Source of the DNA: Actinomycetota bacterium | Lineage (GTDB): Bacteria > Pseudomonadota > Alphaproteobacteria > Rhodospirillales > Magnetospirillaceae | Direction of reading: 5' to 3' | Length of the DNA stretch: 64,000 bases | Assembly: GCA_050260215.1 (NCBI GenBank) | Contig: JBLNBU010000227.1 | Span: 593-64,592 of the forward strand | In this document: piece by piece, positions 60,376-64,000 of the stretch | Layout: each line of letters begins with the position of its first letter | Position numbering within the stretch: position 1 is the stretch's first letter | Translations under genes and position numbers: made by a program | The notes under the pieces: generated by a model | Told to the model about the DNA's origin: nothing | Database searches by the model: none | Seen by the model: the letters and a program-made list of their open reading frames with translations, nothing else

Positions 60376-62121
60376 ATGTGCGGGCTTGTCGCCATTTTCG
60401 CGGGGACGCAGGCCGCCGCGCCCGTCAATGCCGACGAACTGGCCCGCATGCGCGACCGCATGGCGGCGCGCGGCCCCGACGGCGCCGGCTTGTGGCGTGC
60501 CGACGACGGACGCATCGGCCTAGCCCACCGCCGCCTGGCCATCATCGGGCTCGACGCGTCGGGCGCCCAGCCCATGGCCACCAACGACGGCGCGTTGCGC
60601 ATCGTCTTCAACGGCGAGATCTACAACTGGCGGGCCTTGCGGGCCGAGCTGGAGGCCAAGGGCGCCACCTTCCGCTCGCGCACCGACACCGAGGTGATCC
60701 TCGAACTGTACCGGCAAGACGGCATCGCCGCCCTGGGTCGGCTGCGCGGCATGTTCGCCCTGGCCCTGTGGGACGAACGCCGCCGTGGCCTGCTGCTGGC
60801 GCGCGACCCCTTCGGCATCAAGCCGCTTTACGTGGCCGACGACGGCAGGACCTTGCGGGCCGCCTCGCAGGTCAAGGCGCTGCTGGCCGGCGGCGGCGTC
60901 GACACCGCCCCCGACCCGGCCGGGCACGCCGGCTTCTTCCTGTGGGGCCATGTGCCCGAGCCGCACACACTCTACCGCGCCATCCGCCCGCTGCCGGCCG
61001 GTTCGTGGCTGTGGGCCGGCGAGGACGGCGGACGCGCCGAAGGCCGCTTCTTCGACCTGCGCGCCGAACTGGCAGCGCCTGCCGCTCCCGTGGCGAGCGA
61101 CCTGGGCCGGGCCCTGCGCGACAGCGTCGGCGCCCATCTGGAAGCCGACGTGCCGGTGGGGGTATTCCTGTCCTCGGGGCTGGATTCGACCACGCTGTGC
61201 GCGCTTGCCGCCCAATCGGGGACGCGACCGCGCACCGTCACCCTGGGTTTTGCTGAGTTCGCCGGCAGCCCGCAGGACGAAGTGCCGCTGGCCGAGGTAG
61301 CGGCGCGCGCCTATGGCGCCGACCACGCCACGGTGCGCATTACCGCCGGCGATTTCGCCGCCAGCCGCGAGCGGATCCTTGCCGACATGGACCAGCCGTC
61401 CATCGACGGCGTCAACACCTGGTTCGTCGCCCGCGCCGCGGCGGCGCGCGGCCTGAAGGTGGCGCTGTCGGGCCTGGGCGGCGACGAGCTGTTCGCCGGC
61501 TACGACAGCTTCGTCCGCATTCCGCGCCAGCTGAGGGCGGTGGCGCCGCTGCGCCCGCTGGTGGGGGTGCTGGGACCGCTGACGCGGATGCTGGCCGCCG
61601 GCTGGATCAGGCCGCCCAAGGCGGCCGGGCTGTTGGAATACGGCGGCAGCACCGGCGACGCCTATCTGCTGCGCCGCAGCCTGACCATGCCCTGGCACCT
61701 GGACCGGGTGCTCGACCCCGACATGGCCCGCGACGGCTGGCGGCAACTGGCGCCGCGGCTGGCCCTGGCCGACGCGGTGGACGGCATCGGCCCCGAGCGG
61801 CTGCGGATATCGGCGCTGGAAACCGCCTTCTACATGCGCAACCAGCTGCTGCGCGACGCCGATTGGGCGGGCATGGCCCACTCGCTGGAAATCCGTACCC
61901 CGCTGGTCGACGTCGATCTTTTTCGCGCGGTGCTGCCGCTGATCAAGGGCAGCCGTCCGCCCGGCAAGCTCGACATGGCGGGGGTGGCCAATCCGGCCTT
62001 GCCGGCCGCCATTCTCGAGCGACGGAAGAGCGGTTTCTTCGTTCCCATTGCCCAATGGCTGGGCGAGAGCAGCTTGCACGGCTGGGCGCGCACCGTATAT
62101 TCCGCCTGCGCGACCGCTTGA
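60376..62121 (+). CDS. Asparagine synthase family amidotransferase (WbpG/PseA-like context)
   Basis: From MCGLVAIFAG. Motifs GEIYNW and FLSSGLDS (PP-loop). The start lies 1 nt after the upstream stop. Confidence 0.85.
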   Translation: MCGLVAIFAGTQAAAPVNADELARMRDRMAARGPDGAGLWRADDGRIGLAHRRLAIIGLDASGAQPMATNDGALRIVFNGEIYNWRALRAELEAKGATFRSRTDTEVILELYRQDGIAALGRLRGMFALALWDERRRGLLLARDPFGIKPLYVADDGRTLRAASQVKALLAGGGVDTAPDPAGHAGFFLWGHVPEPHTLYRAIRPLPAGSWLWAGEDGGRAEGRFFDLRAELAAPAAPVASDLGRALRDSVGAHLEADVPVGVFLSSGLDSTTLCALAAQSGTRPRTVTLGFAEFAGSPQDEVPLAEVAARAYGADHATVRITAGDFAASRERILADMDQPSIDGVNTWFVARAAAARGLKVALSGLGGDELFAGYDSFVRIPRQLRAVAPLRPLVGVLGPLTRMLAAGWIRPPKAAGLLEYGGSTGDAYLLRRSLTMPWHLDRVLDPDMARDGWRQLAPRLALADAVDGIGPERLRISALETAFYMRNQLLRDADWAGMAHSLEIRTPLVDVDLFRAVLPLIKGSRPPGKLDMAGVANPALPAAILERRKSGFFVPIAQWLGESSLHGWARTVYSACATA

Positions 62122-62133
62122 AGGACCCTGTCA

Positions 62134-62912
62134 TGCCGCTGCCTTCGGACATCATGCTGAGCTTGGTCGCCCTGGCCGACGCCGCCGGCGCCGAGATCAT
62201 GCGGGTGCGGGCGGGCGGCGTCGAGGTGTCGGCCAAGTCCGACGGCTCGCCGGTGACGCTGGCCGACCAGGCGGCGGAGGCAGTCATCCTGGCCGGCCTG
62301 CCCGCCCTGGCACCCGGCATCCCGGTGGTCGCCGAGGAGCAGGCCGCGGCCGGCAACATCCCCACCCCGGCGCCGGTGTTCTTCCTGATCGACCCGCTGG
62401 ACGGCACCAAGGAATTCGTCCGCGGCAGCGAGGAGTTCACCGTCAACATCGGCCTGGTCGAGAACGGCGTTCCCACCGCAGGCGTCGTGGTCCTGCCCGC
62501 CAGCGGAATCGCCTATTGGACGGGCGGCGACGGCGTCGCCTGGCGCCGGCTGGCCCCGGGTGCCGATGCCCAGCGCATTTGCTGCCGCCCGGCCCCGGCC
62601 GCCGGCGCCACCGTCGTCGCCAGCAAGTCGCACCGGACCCCGGAAACCGATGCCTTCATCGCCACGCTGGCCAATGCCCGGGTGATCTCCGCCGGCTCGT
62701 CGGCCAAGTTCTGCCGGGTGGCGGAGGGGGTGGCCGACGTCTATCCGCGCTTCGGCCCGACCATGGAATGGGATACCGCGGCCGGCGACGCGGTGGTGCG
62801 GGCCGCCGGCGGCCTGGTGACCACCGTCGACGGGGCGGCGCTGACCTACGGCAAGGCGGGCTACCGCAACCCGGATTTCATCTGCCGCGGGCCCGGCCGA
62901 GGCGCGGGCTAA
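62134..62912 (+). CDS. cysQ: 3'(2'),5'-bisphosphate nucleotidase (PAP phosphatase), inositol monophosphatase family
   Basis: From MPLPSDIMLSLV. Motifs FFLIDPLDGTKEF and EWDTAAGDAVV. Confidence 0.8.
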
Positions 62913-64000
62913 TCCAGCTCGAAGGCGTTCTTGTAGTCGAGCTTCAGCGCCGGATCCTGGTCTTCCTTGGCCAGGAAGCAGTTGCCCACCACCAGCACCT
63001 CGATCTCGCTGCCCATGAAGCAGCGGAAGGCGTCCTCGGGCGTGCAGACGATGGGCTCGCCGCGCACGTTGAAGCTGGTGTTGACCACCACGCCGCAGCC
63101 CGTCAGCCCCTTGAACGCCGAAATCAGCGCGTGGTAGCGCGGGTTGGTGTCGGCATGCACCGTCTGCACCCGGGCCGAATAGTCCACATGGGTCACCGCC
63201 GGGATGGCCGAGCGCGGTACGTTCAGCTTTTCGATGCCGAACAGGGCCTGCTCCTCGGCGGTCATGGCGCGGCGGTGCCTCTCGGCCACCGGGGCGACCA
63301 GCAGCATGTAGGGCGAATCGCCGTCCAGCGCGAACCAGTCGGCCACGTCCTCGCGCAGCACCGACGGCGCGAAGGGGCGGAAGCTCTCGCGGTACTTGAC
63401 CTTGAGGTTCAGCACCTTCTGCATGGTGGGCGAGCGCGGGTCGCCCAGGATCGAGCGGCCACCCAGGGCGCGCGGCCCGAATTCCATGCGGCCCTGCATC
63501 CAGCCCACCGCCTTTTCGGCAGCCAGGGCCTCGGCCGTCTTGGCGATGACCGCGTCGTCGTCCAGCACGGTGAACTTCGCCCCCGCCGCGGTCAGCCGGC
63601 GCTCGATGTCGTCCTGGGCGTAGACGGGGCCCAGATACGAGCCCTGCATGGCGTCGCGTCCCGGCTCGACCACGCGGTCGCGGCCCTTGAACAGGTAATA
63701 TCCGGCCAGCGCCGCGCCCAGCGCGCCGCCGGCGTCGCCGGCCGCCGGCTGGATCCAGATGTCGTCGAAGATGCCGGCGCGCAAAAGGTGGCCGTTGGCG
63801 ACGCAGTTCAGCGCCACGCCACCGGCCAGGCACAGGTTGCGCGCGCCGGTCTCGGCCCGGATCGAGCGGCCCAGGCGCAGCACCACCTCCTCGGTCACCG
63901 CCTGGATCGAGGCGGCGATGTCCATGTGGAACTGGGTCAGCGGGTCCTTGTCGGCCTTGCGCGCCGGCTGGCCGAACAGCGCGTCGAAGCGCCGGTTGGT
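62909..64000 (-). CDS. NodU/CmcH-family carbamoyltransferase, C-terminal part (gene continues beyond the window end)
   Basis: Motifs NLCLAGGVALNCVANG, IWIQPAAGDAGGALGAA and VVNTSFNVRGEPIVCTPEDA. The frame stays open from 63925 to 64000 (TNRRFDALFGQPARKADKDPLTQFH-MDIAAS), so the ORF-track M at 63925 is internal. Confidence 0.85.
   Translation of the reverse strand, partial: TNRRFDALFGQPARKADKDPLTQFHMDIAASIQAVTEEVVLRLGRSIRAETGARNLCLAGGVALNCVANGHLLRAGIFDDIWIQPAAGDAGGALGAALAGYYLFKGRDRVVEPGRDAMQGSYLGPVYAQDDIERRLTAAGAKFTVLDDDAVIAKTAEALAAEKAVGWMQGRMEFGPRALGGRSILGDPRSPTMQKVLNLKVKYRESFRPFAPSVLREDVADWFALDGDSPYMLLVAPVAERHRRAMTAEEQALFGIEKLNVPRSAIPAVTHVDYSARVQTVHADTNPRYHALISAFKGLTGCGVVVNTSFNVRGEPIVCTPEDAFRCFMGSEIEVLVVGNCFLAKEDQDPALKLDYKNAFELD

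Noticed and set aside
1-64000. Horizontal-transfer island boundaries, tRNA insertion sites, IS elements, CRISPR arrays, and rRNA, tRNA or ncRNA genes.
   Set aside because: None were found by eye. Base composition looks uniformly GC-rich apart from short intergenic promoters. There are no integrase or transposase signatures, no direct repeats at plausible borders and no cloverleaf-like or repeat-spacer structures. Both window edges fall inside glycan genes, so the island borders are outside the window.

Overview
This window is uniformly high in GC (by eye about two-thirds G+C or more; not computed) and very gene-dense. I call about 51 protein-coding genes and found no rRNA, tRNA, transposase, integrase or CRISPR. 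Almost all 64 kb is one surface-glycan (LPS O-antigen, capsule or glycoconjugate type) biosynthesis island from a Gram-negative, probably alphaproteobacterial, genome.

Layout:
- (1) 1-20696, minus strand: a 19-gene run. It holds a WbpB/WbpE/WbpD-like diacetamido-sugar trio, a TylC3-like C-methyl sugar cassette, two GT2 + GT-C membrane transferase pairs, two AsnB-like amidotransferases and a 1067-aa heparinase II/III-domain fusion protein.
- (2) 20915-25854, plus strand: a GT2, GMC flavoprotein, B12 radical SAM, SDR operon.
- (3) 25880-29577, minus strand: an AsnB-like gene plus a GT-C.
- (4) 29744-31552, plus strand: an MsbA/PglK-like ABC exporter.
- (5) 31563-39788: a divergent unit with ArnC/CsbB-like GT2 + B12 radical SAM on one side, and B12 radical SAM + YfhO-like GT-C + flippase-like UPF0104 + methyltransferase on the other.
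- (6) 40821-49372, plus strand: an orphan GT-B-like protein, a second YfhO paralog, and a nonulosonic-acid-like cassette (SPASM radical SAM, NeuA-like, Gfo/Idh/MocA, CBS-NeuB-SAF-TIM fusion).
- (7) 49369-58400, minus strand: bi-domain oxidoreductase, WbpL/WecA-like initiating transferase, a fourth B12 radical SAM, epimerase, fcl, manC and an exonuclease.
- (8) 58579-62912, plus strand: LegC-like aminotransferase, NeuD-like acetyltransferase, AsnB-like amidotransferase and cysQ, with a convergent NodU-type carbamoyltransferase running off the window.

The most unusual theme is that four cobalamin-type radical SAM enzymes and one SPASM radical SAM enzyme sit directly beside GT2s that look like polyprenyl-phosphate-sugar synthases and beside five GT-C membrane transferases. 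No Wzx, Wzy, Wzz or WaaL is recognisable. I read this as a candidate, undescribed system that edits lipid-linked sugars by radical chemistry before extracytoplasmic transfer.

All functional calls rest on motifs read by eye in the supplied translations. No database search was run. Several start codons were moved from the ORF-track maximum to internal ATG/GTG codons that give ATGA/GTGA overlaps with the upstream stop.
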